From: Fistulifera solaris
Taxonomy: Eukaryota
Length of the DNA stretch: 64,000 nt
Assembly (NCBI GenBank): GCA_030295235.1
Contig: AP026125.1
Coordinates: 248,001-312,000, forward strand
Reading direction: 5' to 3'
Shown here: piece by piece, positions 1 to 13,245 of the stretch
Layout: each line of letters starts with the position of its first letter
Numbering within the stretch: position 1 is the stretch's first letter
Notes under the pieces: model-generated
What the model saw: only the letters and a program-made list of their open reading frames with translations
Told to the model about the DNA's origin: nothing
Database searches by the model: none
Made by a program: the position numbers and the translations under genes

Positions 1-388
1 TGTTTTGTAAAGAAATAATAAGTCGCATGGAGCGACGTGACTGGCTTTCTCATTCGTTCGTTCACTATTTCATCGTCATTCCTTTTATATTCTTTACATA
101 ACGAGTTAACACACCGCTAAGACATAGACTGGTACACTTAGTGACGAACAAAGCCCTATATGACGCCAATCAAAATCAGCTCATTAGCTTTTGCAACAGT
201 CACAATTATACCAGTAATTATCCACATTTTCATTCTTTCCGATGGTTATTTTGATGATGAATGGATGTAAAGAACATGTCAGAGACAATTTAGTAGATTT
301 GAATTAGTAGCCGAGACTGTGTCAATCGGGGTTTTGGTGTGCTGGATCGACCGCTCGAGGCTCACGACTTCGAAAAGAGCGCAACATC

Positions 389-2176
389 ATGCGTTCGTAC
401 TTTGTCGTCATGATGTTGGTGATGGTCCTTGTAGCAATCCGGTTCTATCAAATTCTCTGGATCGGTCATCCCAATTATTCGTTTAGCAATACAGAGAAAG
501 CATCGAATGATGCACGCAATAATTCACTTAGCATATCACATATCACCAATTGTCTCGCATTGAATTCGAACGAATGGATCCAAGGTCAGCGACGAGGCAA
601 TGCGGATCATGAAATGGATGATGCTTTCCTTCAGACGATGATATTAAATGTACCTTACATGTTGCGGGATGGAGTGTCATCAATATTACATACGACATTA
701 TGTCATCGCGATTCGCGATTTCGGAATGAGACCGAAGAGGATGATGAGGATGAACGAACTATTCGACTTTGGGTGGTGCGATTAGTCTATCTGGCATTTC
801 ATTATCATCAACATCATTGGGCTATTCCAGAAGCCGTGAAACGTGGGGACAATTGCAATTTGTCAGAACAAAGTATTGGGAAGTTTGACTTCGAGTGCCC
901 CGACGCCAAATTTCTGTTAGTACCTTTACGAGGGCATGGACTTGGAGCGAATCTTCGTACCGATATTGTACCAGCACTCTTGGTGGCACTCGTATCAAAT
1001 CGAGTTGCTGTTTTCGTCAACCATGCGCCCGAAGGGGATGAGGATGTCACCAAGCCATGGCCGCTGGCATCGTGTGATCGGAAGGACTATCAATGCTTTT
1101 ATCTCCCCGAGTCGCCTTGTACCTTGACCCTGCAAGATATCCGTGAAGCTCATGTATTCCAGAATCGGGTCGATTTCCGTCGAGCCCTCAAACAAAGCAT
1201 CCTTCCCACAGGGTTTGATGACAAAAAGGTTTGGTTGTTCAAACATACGTCCGGTCATACGATCCAGTTACCCAAATTGGCTGTCGCTAGACTCCAAAAT
1301 TATTCCAATCTTCTGCTGAATCACTTACCTGACGATGACGGTCGGCTGCCGACACTGCGAAAGGCCGTAGAATCCATAGGGGAGGAAGATCCGCCGAGAG
1401 ACGGTCTCAATTATGCCATGGCGAATTTAAAAGTACATCATGCCTTAGAATTTTACGCCATGCGACCCAATCTTCCTAATAAGCGGAAACTGGAGCAAAT
1501 TCTACAGGATGTATTACCCCATGACTTTGATCCCGAATACACGGTTGGTTTGCCAGTGCGAGGTAAGTTGTTGGTGCTGTCGTGGTCGTAGTATGCAATA
1601 GCGATCATAGAAATTGCGTCTCAATTTTGAAACGCCTTTTTAGGCTCTGACAAGTGTCGTAAAGAAAGCGAATGCATCAGCTTTGAGCTACATATGCAAG
1701 CTGCTGCGGAAGTGTGGAACAAGCATCGGAATGCAACACACGGAACCCAAAACCCTGCCGTGATTTTCACATCGGAATCGCGCCAGGTGGTAGCCGAACA
1801 ACAACAATTCAAAAGCAACTCCTCGTTCTTTTACGAGCAACACAACCTCTCCTTTGCGTTTGATTTTGTCGTCAATCAACATGACGTGACACCCGACACG
1901 GGATATCTACCCGACGCCGCAGAAACCGTCTCCGCCGATGACGCAATGCTTTCCGCCGTGTCGAGTTTTCAACTCCAACTCATGGCCCGGACATCGGTGG
2001 GGAACTGCTGCTCACATTTTCACCACCTACTGAACGATTTCCTCATTGAAGGCTGTGGTGCGACACACGAGAACCAATTCATGTGTTTGCAAGAATCGGC
2101 CGATCCGCTGTTGCACGTTTGCTGTGCGTGGCACAATGATTGTAAAAGGGCGAAAGCGCTGAAGGCATTGGAGTAA
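389..2176 (+). CDS. Alpha-1,6-fucosyltransferase-like (GT23/FUT8-like) type II membrane glycosyltransferase; 2 exons (intron 1563-1643)
   Basis: N-terminal signal anchor and a 'GHGLGANL' motif. Splicing the GT..AG intron 1563-1643 joins ORFs 389-1591 and 1694-2176 in frame, giving 'VGLPVRGSDKCRKESEC', which resembles the GT23 donor-binding VRRxDK motif. C-terminal 'VGNCCSHFHHLL'. Confidence 0.7.
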
Positions 2177-2306
2177 ATGCAAGTTTTTCTAAAATTACGG
2201 CGTTACGGTATTTTGGCAAAGAATATGACGCTATCAAACATGTCATCAGCAAAGTATAGATGCCGCGTAACGGCACAGTCGGTCCAGGTAGATTGAGTTC
2301 TGCAGA

Positions 2307-3179
2307 TCATCTTCCGGGCGAGGTACATTCATCATACACAGCTGAAGGAGCCGGTGTCTGGCCTCGAACAAATTGTTGACGACAGCAGGGACAACCTTGC
2401 GATTTCGTCGAATGCCGTAGTAGCCACGGTTTAATACAATCAGCGTGAAAGCAATGCACGCAATTTCTGTTTGGAGACCAAACAATAGTCTCGTCGACTT
2501 GGTAACGTTCCCTGCAAATAGCACACTCTTCCGACACGACTCGAAATTTCATCAATTCGGATGTTGTTGATTCTCCAGGTCGAGGTACCATCCATTCATG
2601 TCGACGATCCGGATCATTTTCGGTCCGATTTTTCAAGTAATTTTCTAAAATATGTTTTTCTTCTAAAACCATTGAAAATCCCTTTAGTCGCTTCTCGAGT
2701 TTGCGTCTTCGACGGTTCAACGATTTCTCACTGCGGTCATCGTGGGGTGCTTCCCCGTAGTTCGACCAAACAAACGAAGCAATCGACAGGCACGCCGGAA
2801 CGACGACTCCTAAAAAGATGGAAATCAGCCACGGTAGTACGACCCGGAAATGTCCCGAAAATAGCGTAGGCCCCAGCGCCAGCGCGGTCTGCTCGGAAGG
2901 CTGCCGCCCGTCCCATAATGCCACCCACACTTTTTCAAATTGCACTTCGAATTCACCAAAATCAATAACTCCCGCTAAATGAGGTTTTCCCTGTTGTTCA
3001 TTGAGTTGCAATTTCATTGAAGAAAAGAGGATATAAATGGAACCCAATGGCGCCAAACTAAGGAGCAGCACGACGAGGGAAAGGATTCGGGATGTCGCGG
3101 AACGGGTTGTTCGTAGAATCCGCCAGAGCTCGTGGGAGTGTGCTAAAAGATCGTCATTCTGTGATTTTGAAATAAACAA
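2307..3179 (-). CDS. Membrane-anchored RING-H2 E3 ubiquitin ligase (start uncertain)
   Basis: C-terminal CAICRERY..CVHCFHADCIKPWL..CPCCR (C3H2C3 RING) preceded by hydrophobic TM segments. Confidence 0.8.
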   Translation of the reverse strand: MFISKSQNDDLLAHSHELWRILRTTRSATSRILSLVVLLLSLAPLGSIYILFSSMKLQLNEQQGKPHLAGVIDFGEFEVQFEKVWVALWDGRQPSEQTALALGPTLFSGHFRVVLPWLISIFLGVVVPACLSIASFVWSNYGEAPHDDRSEKSLNRRRRKLEKRLKGFSMVLEEKHILENYLKNRTENDPDRRHEWMVPRPGESTTSELMKFRVVSEECAICRERYQVDETIVWSPNRNCVHCFHADCIKPWLLRHSTKSQGCPCCRQQFVRGQTPAPSAVYDECTSPGR

Positions 3180-3864
3180 CTCGACTTTCTCTTTCTTCTT
3201 GCAAACGGCTGATGATGGAAACTGTCAAACGAATGCTTTCCTTCTATTTGAATCGATATAAAAAGGGCAAACGAAAGAATAACAACAGCGTGGATCTGAC
3301 GAAATTGGACCTTGCGGCGCATGTTTTGGCATCCTGCCAAAAATCTGCGGCAGCATTTCTAATGTCGAACCGTGCGAACAGAAAAGTCTTCGATAAGGTC
3401 CAGTAGCGAATGAAGGCCTTTGGTACTTTTGAGTCTATAAACGATCGTTTTGTATCCGATAATTAGTGAAAATTTTGGCCTTGTTCGCCCAATGCATGTG
3501 CATTATGATTTGATTTTCGGTAAGCTTTAAGCTCCGACGAAAAGAGAAGAAGACGTTAGGCCTGTCACATAAGCGATAACGAACAAACTAATACTAAACG
3601 GGGCTGTTTTTGTCAATAGCCACCGTAGTTTTCTTTAGATCAAGTGCAACGGAAATCCTTCTTACTTTCTATCGTTTTAAAAGTATGGCGTTCTGAGTTC
3701 TGAAACTGAAACTGAAAGTATTCATACACGCTTCGATCTTTGATCATGCCGCCGGACGCCGCCGGACGCAGGATGCACCTCTCCAACAAAAACTGCATCC
3801 ATTTTTTGCCGAGCAGCCATTTTTGGGGTGATGGTTCAATCTTTATTCACTATCATGTCGAGCC

Positions 3865-4885
3865 ATGCGCCAAACAGCCAAACTCCTTCTTTATGCTCCT
3901 TTGACGCTGTTACTGATCGAAAATGTTCTGGTAGGATTTTTATTGGATGGGCTCAATTCGTGTTCAAGAATTTCCGGCTCCTCCCTCGTTTCGTCCTCCA
4001 CGGCGTTTGACACTGGCTGAATTGACGACCAGTAGTAACAAGGATTGTCAATCTCCATTGCTGCACATCGACAACTATCAGATTTTTCTGCCACAAACGG
4101 CCTCTAGCAGCAAACGAATACCGCATATCATCCATCAAACATCGAAATCACGATGCGTGACGCCAAGATTGGCCAAAGCTATTCAGACATGGCAAACATG
4201 GTCCGAGTGGGAGTACTATTTTCATGACGATGAAGCCGTCGCTCGTCTGTTTCAACAATCTGCGCAGCAATTCCCCTTATTAAGTGATCTGTACCCTCAT
4301 TGCTTGGTACATGGGACCGTGCGAGCGGATTTGTGGCGCTATTTGATACTTTGGGAATACGGAGGCGTGTATGCCGACCTGGATGCCGTGCCCGCTTCAT
4401 TCACGACCGATTGGCTCGAAAATAATGATGCTTTCTTTGTGATAGAGCAGTATCACTTATTGAGCCAGTATTTCATCGCCGTAACGCCCCGGCATCCCTT
4501 GATGTGGTACGCGATTCAAGTCTCTTTGAGTAATTTATGGAAACTCAGTGACACGGGCGGTGTGGCGGCGGCTGTCACGACAGGACCCCATGCACTCCAC
4601 CAAGCCTTTATCTTGTTTGCGAAAGACGGTGGGTTGATCATAGATCCTGCAAGACCCGGAGAGAAACCGGTGAAGGCTGGTACCTACGTGGGGACACAAG
4701 GGCGCTCTGTCACAGCCGTGGGTGTCGCAGAACGACAAAATGAAATTATTGATCGAGATGTTTTGGGAAATTTCAAAAAGCGAGACTATGATAGAATGAA
4801 TATGACGTTTCATCAAGACGATAAAAAGAAACTGTTGGGGAAAGCGTGCTTCGCAGCCATTCGAGAATCAAAATTTGGCAAGTGA
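3865..4885 (+). CDS. GT32 (OCH1/SUR1-like) DXD glycosyltransferase; the N-terminal signal anchor is in a different frame (probable indel)
   Basis: Motifs RIPHIIHQT, ADLWRYLILWEYGGVYADLD and TGP. The ATG at 3865 encodes a hydrophobic anchor (MRQTAKLLLYAPLTLLLIENVLVGFLL) that is out of frame with ORF 3947-4885. Confidence 0.85.
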
Positions 4886-4925
4886 AGTACGACAGATTTT
4901 GAGCAGCGTAGGTTAAAAATACAAG

Positions 4926-5791
4926 TCAGATGAAACACTTGGAACTTCTCTTATGCATCATCGTTTCCTCTGGAGCATATCGATTCATGAAACGACCAGC
5001 CGCGATAGCGCCCAAGATCTGGCCTATGAGGTGACAGGATTCCACATTTTCTCCTCGAAATGCTTGAGATAAGAGAAAGATTGGATGCAAAGTACTGTTA
5101 ATTCCTACAGAAGCGTGACAGTACAGAGGGTACATGATAACGGACGTCCATTGTACGGGAATGTGGTTGATAGTCAATAAGACCGGAATCACCCGCATCC
5201 CCACGACGAACGTAAACGTCAAGAGCGCTTCATGAGTCACAACAGAAATGCTTGAGCACTCGTCTTTGTATTGAATGACAGGCAGTATGTGCGAGTAGGT
5301 CTCACTGGAAACGAAACGGTAAATCCAGCCAAATATCATTGTCGATGTCAGAAGGTGTGTAGTCGCCACGCCCATGAGCTCTTTCAAAGTCAATAACCCC
5401 ATTTGCTGCTGAGATATGCGGTAAGCAAGATTCGGCATGATGTTTGTCATTTTTGAAGAAAGAGAAGCATCCAAGGTGGGGAAAGCGAAAGGGCGGGATA
5501 TCGAAACGATTTAATATCACCCAATAAAATACCCAAAAGCCACCGGACCGGCATCGTCAAGGTAGAAGTGAACCAATACTTGTCCCACAGATTCACTTGC
5601 CAAACAATAAATTGTATCAAAATAAAACAAAGAGTATGAGCCGCCACAACGGCGGATTCAAGAAGAAGAAAGCCAATGAATTGCGTGTCTTCCCCCACAA
5701 AGCTGTCACCGGTTGCTTGACGTTCGTCATCATCTCTCCTTCGTCGCAGTTCTTTCCTTGAAGTGTCTACTTCCAATTTATTGCGAGCCAT
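4926..5791 (-). CDS. Multi-pass membrane protein, divergent MIP/aquaporin (SIP/AQP11-12)-like; frameshift near 5450-5475
   Basis: Overlapping ORFs 5447-5791 and 4926-5474 together give about 6 TM helices. MIP-like 'ESAVVAAHTLCFI', 'HEALLTFTFV' and C-terminal 'HLIGQILGAIAAG'. The NPA positions read SPP and HPI. Confidence 0.5.
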
Positions 5792-6199
5792 TCTTGAGAT
5801 CGCGAAAATCAGTAGTGAATTGTTTTAAAAAAAAAGATAACTACACAAATAATAATGAAGTCTTTTGGGAAGAAATTGAGTGTGTCATCGAGCGAACAAA
5901 ATTTTCACGCTGCGTGATGGCGGATAAAAAAGGATTCTATACGGTGCCGGTACGATTCTTTTAGATAACAGGAAGACGTTTCGTTAATAACGAACAAATA
6001 AGATAAGAATGCTTTTCAAACGATCGAGGTGAAAAGCGTGAAACGAGCAGGCCTTCTGGTTAAGACGTTCTTTTGTAGAACTAGAATTAGTGTAGGTTAA
6101 AGCAATGGCGTGCATTGATCCCGTAAATGTTGCAATTGCACGAATAACTCATGCAAAATTACTAAATTATCAAGCAAAGCTACCTCCACCGTCATCGCG

Positions 6200-6962
6200 T
6201 TACATACGACGGTGAATGTATTGCGGATCCCACGCTTCCAAGCGATACAATGCTTCCAACACATAACGATCTTCCCCAGCGGCCTCCGCGGCTTTGGGGT
6301 CCAGTCCAATCCATCGGTAATTTTCTGACTGGTCGTCCAGCTTAATATCAGTGGCGTCCTCTAAAATTTCGACCAAAACAATCGGATTGACCGTTTGTGT
6401 GCCTTTCGATTCCTCTGTATCCCAACTCGACCGTGGAAAGAAAGTATTCCACACTCCCAGTACTTGAATCGGCTTCACGTTGGATAATCCTGTTTCCTGA
6501 AACGCCTTTCGTTGGGCGGCCGCAAAGAATGTTTCTCCTTTCAGCAAACGACCTCCCGGGAGCCACCAGAGACCTTTCGCCGGCTCGCTGCTACGCTCCA
6601 CGACCAATGTTTCCTTCCGCCCCGCGTTGTATCGCACCAGCAATATATCGACACAGCACACCACCGTATCGCGGACTAAATTTCCGTACACGTCCGAAGG
6701 CAAGAATTTGCGGCGATCAGTAATGGTGGTAAGTTCTTTTCATCACCATAATACAAAGAAAGATCATTGCCTTCTACGGTAGCACCCGCTTGAAAATAAA
6801 AAGATGAGATGTCATTCTACTATAGCGCACATTTGTCAACGAAACAACGTACCGTTTTTTACGACGTTTGGCTTGAGTCCAGCGCTCGTACAAATTCTGC
6901 ACAAGAATGGATGCCAGGACTCCGGCAGCGAACGGTATCAGTTTGTTTTGAGACGAAGGCAT
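6200..6962 (-). CDS. Nudix hydrolase, GDP-mannose mannosyl hydrolase (Gmm/WcaH)-like, with N-terminal membrane anchor; intron about 6774-6852, plus probable indel(s)
   Basis: CVDILLV..EPAKGLWWLPGGRLLKGETFFAAAQRKAFQETGL is a variant Nudix box like that of Gmm. Upstream exon MPSSQNKLIPFAAGVLASILV, with a GTACGT donor at 6852 on the minus strand. Confidence 0.75.
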
Positions 6963-7362
6963 CTTTTGTGGGATTGCAATAGCCAAGAAGAAAAAGTGGG
7001 TTGGTGTTGACGTAAATGTTATGCCTTTTGTCGTCGTCGTCATCGTCGTCCTCTTTCGCGCATTTTTTTGCCGCGAGGGATGAAGGCGCACCATCGTCGC
7101 GCAATGCGGGGAGAAAAAGTTATGTACAGTAAGTTACTAGTGTGGCTGGTATCCGGTACTTCCCACTATAACACGTTAAGTAGAGGTCTTGCTTCGCGGT
7201 CGACGAGCGAGATTGACGTATAAAAACGTCATCATGTTGTTGCAACAGCATCAACAGCGATCGATCAAGACAAAACAAAGAACACTCAAAAGCCCGTGAA
7301 AACGCATACTGCATTTCTTCTAAAACCCGACAACTTTGTTCAATAAGCTCTTTTATGAAGAC

Positions 7363-8558
7363 ATGAGAAGGCAAGGTTCATCGTGCATGCTTCTACCCAA
7401 AAGCGGTGATGCTTGCAAGCATCGTTCCGTCACCATCATCAATCGCGAAGACCTCCCTTCGTATTCCTGTGAACGTTTCTATCTTTTGAGCGAACTGCAA
7501 CAACGCGCGCATTCTTCCGTATTTTTGTCGGATCAGGAAGACAACTCGACGCAGGGCACCACATCGACGGCACCGGACGATGATAGTGACCTAGTTGGAG
7601 AGAATCTGGGGCAATTTGCTTTGTTGTATTTATTTTGGAAGCCAGACATGACGGAGGATACGACGGAGTTCATCGAACAGCATATTTTGCCGCAAGTGCA
7701 GCAGTTGCAGACAATGCGAACGGTAGTCAATTCAATGCCTAGTCTCGATCGACCGAGCATAAGTGGGGTAATACACAGAAGGGAGAATGAAGATTCCCAA
7801 GTAGAGGTAGATCATCCTGACGATGCGAAAGATGAGGAAGGAGAGGCGACGATTAGTATATATATAGTGGTAGATCGGCTCTGCGCTTGTGATCTAGTGG
7901 ATGCATCCGATCCGCTCGAGAGCACACGAAAAATGGAACAACAGTATCGAAATGAAGAAGTCAAAATTGAGGACCTTGCCAAAAAGTTGCAGTCCATGAA
8001 CAGCTTCGCGACTTGTGCGAGGGCATCACCGTTGGCCTTTCGAATCACGAGCGTTGCGCTCCGGGATTGGAGGCGTGTTCGGATGCTGTGGCGTGGGGTG
8101 CCAAAGAACGCCGGACGGCACTCGCGTCGATGAAAACAGAAGACGACGGCAGGTCCGCGTTGGGAATTGTTGCGAACGAACCCAATGATCTTCTTGGACT
8201 GCAGTCTGAGTCAACGACGGATGCTGCACAAGGCGTGATGCAAATGCGTCTATCGACCGAGTGGAACGGACAAGGGAACCTGAAATCATTTGCCGAGCGT
8301 GCGCAGTCGTTCTGGCGTCAACAACGCGGTCTTGTGGATACCCAAAAACTGACCTGTCGTCGAATTATTTCTCGGAAACGACGAATACCGGCGAGAATAA
8401 ATCCCGGAGAAATGAACGATTTTCTCATCAATGGACTTGCTCTTCTCTTCATCTTTGGCTATCTTTTCTTTCATCTCTGGAGTGATTTACAGGATTTGAT
8501 CTACTATTTTGACCCATCCGCCTGGGACAACTTCATTCAGCGATTGCGTTCATTTTAG
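7363..8558 (+). CDS. Hypothetical protein with C-terminal TM helix; frameshift near 7990-8015
   Basis: Overlapping long ORFs 7336-8133 and 8013-8558; hydrophobic 'FLINGLALLFIFGYLFFHLW' near the end. Confidence 0.55.
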
Positions 8559-9358
8559 AGATTACACTTTCTGCTTGCCACTGGGCCATTGTGAAATTCA
8601 TATTAAAACATATAGTAAAATTGCCATTATTGTGTGCCTCTGTGTTCTGTATCATTTGTTTAGTGACTAAATCCTTCATCGCTTGGTCAGTCGGATCATA
8701 AACCTATTAGTCTTCGAATTTCTAGCTTTGGGCAAATTTCCTCGTAAGGTTAAGCCAACTTGCTGTTCCTCTAATTATAGCTTGTGAATCATTCCTATCG
8801 CTTTTAGCTCTCTCTTTCTTTCCCTCGGCGCCTGCTCTAGAGCTAGGGAAAGGTAATGGTGAATGGTTGATGGTTAGAGGTGCAAACAACAGACAATGGC
8901 TTTAATGGCTTTAGCTCCAACGCGTTTATGCATCAGTCGCAACGTAAAAATACTTAGTGGACGCTGGGTACTATGTAGTTAAGTCAAAGTTTTGTCACTT
9001 AACGCCACTGTCCGTTCAGATCGCCAAACCAGGTATTTTTAGCGTTGAGGAACTTTCCCGCCAACTTACCCTATCTACAGTTTGTGCTCTGTACCGGTCG
9101 GCATAGAAGACTTGCCCATTGTTATTGACATGGAAGAATGGAAGAGATGCTGATGATGATCTTTCCCACCATTAGTATCAAAAGCATTCTCTCATCGACT
9201 TGTTAAACCTTTATTCTTTCGCAATAAGCAACCCAGAAGATGCCCAAAGGTGAAATTGAATCGTCATAGAGAAATACACGCCATTTGCAAGGGCGCCTGC
9301 TCAGGGGGGGAAGAGCTAGGACAAGTTTGGGCTCGCTTTTTGTCGTATATCCTTCACA

Positions 9359-11847
9359 ATGAATCATCCAACAAATACAATAAGAAATTTCACATCAGAC
9401 AAACGCATAGTCGACAATCAAAAGGATATCTTCTTAGAAAGTTCAAGCAGTCAAGAGGAAAAGAAAGAAGCCGGAAGTAGTTGCGATGAAAGCATCACGA
9501 AACGCTCTAATTCACAACACTCAAAACTGCCCCGCCATGAAAAGTATGACACCGATAGCCCTCGAGGGCCACCACGTCGAGACTCAGCAGCGACGGTGAG
9601 TTCTGAATCCTCATCATCTTCAGGGTCTGTCGCACCAAGGACTCCTCAGCATCAGATACGTGATGTTCGAACATTCGATGATAGAAATGTGAATGAGCTC
9701 TCGGTTCAATCGTTGTTCACTACTTCTGATCGGGATCGCGGAAACAATAGTCACCTGCTATGCCACTCCAGCAAAATAACAGCAAACGCTTCTGATGACG
9801 CACTCGAGAGATATGCTAGTCGGATACGACAGGAACTTCACCATAAAGAAATGATGGAGCTCGCTGAGGCTGCCGAACGAGCAGCAGAGGCCGGCGAAGA
9901 AAGCTTCGCAGTTCGCCCTTCGACGTTCGGAACCAACGAATGGAGTAATGCGATGGACGATTCAATATTGAAAACACCTACAACTTCAGCTGTTACGCGT
10001 ACCCACGGGTTGACTCCTTTGCTCATCCGAAAAAGAGTCGAAAAGATAGGCGTGACGGAATTAAGAGATGTACATGAAGTTTTTCCTGACTTTGGTGAGT
10101 TTCATACTCATTTGAGGACGCACTTAGTACGGAAGGGAGTCGATCGGAAAGCAACAATATTTAAGGAAAAATTGAAGGCTGACGCGGGTTTGAACTTTTT
10201 CGAGATCTCAATGATTGGATGTCACCTTCCACTGATGCTGCATTAGAGCAGAAGCACTCACAAAATAGCTGCATATCGGCTTGGGATATTGGGAACATTC
10301 TTGGGGAGCACATGGATTTGTCCGGTTCGAAAACGCAAGCCGCAGGGTCTTCACGGCACCAAGTAGAAGAAGAGTGTAGTGCCAGGCAGCCTATTGCGAT
10401 CGATGCCCATCCACGCCTTATCAAATACGAGAATCATAAAGTGCATTCACCGACGCGAAGGACATTGCGTAGAGCATTGTTTGACGACGACGAGGGTGAT
10501 TTCCCTCGATCGCTGCCTGAAACGCAAACCTTACAAGATACTCAGACGTCAAACAAGCAACAAGCGCCCAATATGTACTCCAGCACTCAGGACACTAGAA
10601 AGTCCATGAAGGATTTTGTGACACCTGTACGATTACGAGACATCCGTCGATTGTCCGATACGGACGACCGATTTGACGGATTTATGTCACCATCCTCGTT
10701 GCTCGATAGCCCTGTGTACATGGTAAGAGAAAACGAAGAGCAAAGAGAGCAAATTGGCACGGCTTTGCACAATTCAAGAGCGTCTCTCTCGTCAATCATG
10801 TTGCCAAGTCTGGCATCTACTCACTCAGTAGACATGAGGGTGGAAAAGATAGACGCGCGTATGATGGAAGGATCGCAGCCATGCAAAGCTGTCGAAGATT
10901 CACGCGATGAAGCCAGCGAAGATATGCCTTTAAGTGGGTTTCCCATCTTGGGGCCTTTGCTTCTGGATGGGATGACGCCGTTAACTTCTCGGGAGAGCAT
11001 CAGGCTTGAGGAAATAGAACCTCAATCGAATGAAGGGTTGCTCAATCTCAAACTTGTCAGCGTACATCAGGAGCCCAGCAACCAGCACTGCACGAGCTCC
11101 ATCCAAACGCCTCTGCAGGACGAATGCGGGTGTTTGGGCATTCCCACGAATTCGTCGTTGGATTCGAACGAGCCTTCATCGTTGTCACCTCAAGGCGGTC
11201 ACTTATCCATGCTCGCAACGGTAAAAGAAGAACGCTCGTTGTCGACACGAGTCAATCCGCTCGCAAGTTTGATATCAAGAATGTCTCCCAGCAGTAGCGT
11301 TTTTCATTCGATGAAAAATAACCGTCTGTACTTTCGCTCCAAAGCCAACGACGCCTTTTTGAACAATTATCTTTACTGCAGTAAATCGGTCGAACGTTGC
11401 CACAAAGAGCCGTTGAGCTTATTCTCAAAGGCGTGTCATGAAACTCCTAGCTCATGCATGGATTTAAACGTGAACTCGTGTTGTACTGCCATTCTCCCCG
11501 ATACTTTCAGTGACGTCCCTAACATGAAACCGACAAAAAATAATGCGCCGCAGCATAGTTTTGTCTCTCTGGGTGGAGCTTCATCGTTGAAGAGTAAAGC
11601 AGAACTATGGTTTGATCGAGCCACGGAAAATTTTGATCATTTTCTGGAGAAGTTATCCGGTGCGCCTAGCACCAGCAGTGCAAGGAATATTTCTTTTCAA
11701 GCACCTACGTTGAATAAGAAGATAGTCCCTGCGCCGCATGCGGACCTCCCTCCATCTTCTCCCGTCAGCGCCGTGTCGGATATTGAAACAGTGCTCGATC
11801 TAGATTCTATTTCGTTGAAAGAGATGGATCTCTCAACAAACAAATAG
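9359..11847 (+). CDS. Ser-rich, largely disordered hypothetical protein; frameshift near 10200
   Basis: Adjacent overlapping ORFs of 295 aa and 542 aa on the same strand. Confidence 0.6.
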
Positions 11848-12038
11848 AGGACTGACAGAAGATCTCCTCTACCTTGAACTTTATGTGTCATCATGCGAAC
11901 CGTCAACATGTATATTAAAAGACCGTGGTGAATGCACCGGTCATGTATAATCGAAATCTTCTACTGAACCACTAGTGATAAGCATGTCTATTACTCCGTA
12001 TTATTATTTGTATTGCCGTAAAGTATGCTCGAATTCAT

Positions 12039-12896
12039 TCACTCACGCCCCGGCGGCGCCAGATCTTCTTCCGATTCCGTCACGGCACTGAATCCCCGAA
12101 ACGCCTTGTTTTTGCGCACCAACACTTCCGGCACACCACTGCCATCCCGAACTACCAACAAATCATCGTCTACGAACGTCACAAAGAGTTGTCGTTGATA
12201 CTGCAGTTGCGCCGGAATGGCCACTTCCCGGTCCAGAACGTACGCCTTTTCGTACGTTTCTCGCAATCGCACACCCGACTGGGCTTCCAGGGCCGCCGAG
12301 ACGCGGACTTTGGAGGCAGCCCTCCCAGTAGTTTGACATCAATCGATGCTTCGACCCGCGGTTGACTCCGACTAATGGCAATTTCCAAATTTCCCGACAT
12401 TTCCACCAACGCGGCCGGCAATTTTTGGGCCAACGTGAGCGCAAAGATTCCCGGACTGTAGCCACCAGAATACAAAAAGAGCGCTAAATCACGGGTTGGT
12501 GAGGGCAACGCCCATTCGGGAGCGTATCCTCCGACATATTTGAGTTCCCAGATCCCATTGATGAGGGGGTGAAACTGCCGGATCGGGAGTCGGATTCAAA
12601 CTTTCGAGCCGCAACAGGGCTTCGTTGATGGCGGCCCGTGTTTCCGTACTCACCGTACCCGTCAATGTCGAAGGCAATAAATTGATGACTTTGTTCACCC
12701 ATGCTTCCGAATCTGTAGGCACCACGTCTTCCACTTCATCGACCACAACAACGTAATCGTCACTATCATCGACATTGACATCGGAAGGTTCACTGCGCAA
12801 GGATGAAGAAGCGAGGATCGGATGACTCCTCATCGGCATCGATGGGGAAAACGCCGTCACATTCGCGAAAAACAGGAAAGCCCAACTGAAACGCAT
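12039..12896 (-). CDS. Plastid lipid-associated protein / PAP-fibrillin family, plastid-targeted; 2-3 frameshifts
   Basis: Signal peptide with VTA|FSP (ASAFAP-type) cleavage site; 'INEALLRLESLNPTPDP'; 'RQLFVTFVDDDLLVVRDGSG..VLVR'. The coding sequence is spread over consecutive frames. Confidence 0.8.
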
Positions 12897-13245
12897 ATTG
12901 AAGTGCTGCTCTATTGAGAAATAATAATTAAAAAGAATAGGGGATTGACACGTCCTTTCGATAAGGAACTTGGGTCAAAACAAAGCCTGCTTCCTTTTGC
13001 AACGCATCGAAAGGTCGAAGATGACGTGTGTGCGCGAGGAATGCTTTTTGGTTCGTTCGTCGCTCTGTGCTGGTTCAGTCACGCTTCCTTTCCTTCTTAT
13101 GAGTGAAGTACGTTTTCTACATACGAAAGATATGGGGGCCTTTCATTTTTTGACACGCGCGTTTTCGTTCCGATGAAACATTTTCATTACTCACTACTTG
13201 CAAGGCTCCTACCGTTGTTGATTCTCTTAGCAGGCTCGTATAACC

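Noticed and set aside
3636..3650. TAGATCAAGTG similar to part of U2 snRNA
   Set aside because: Lacks the GTAGTA branch-recognition sequence, the 5' stem and the Sm site.
3692..3770. CTGAAA x3 and GCCGCCGGAC duplication in a divergent promoter
   Set aside because: Short slippage repeats; not a canonical heat-shock element, and no further support.
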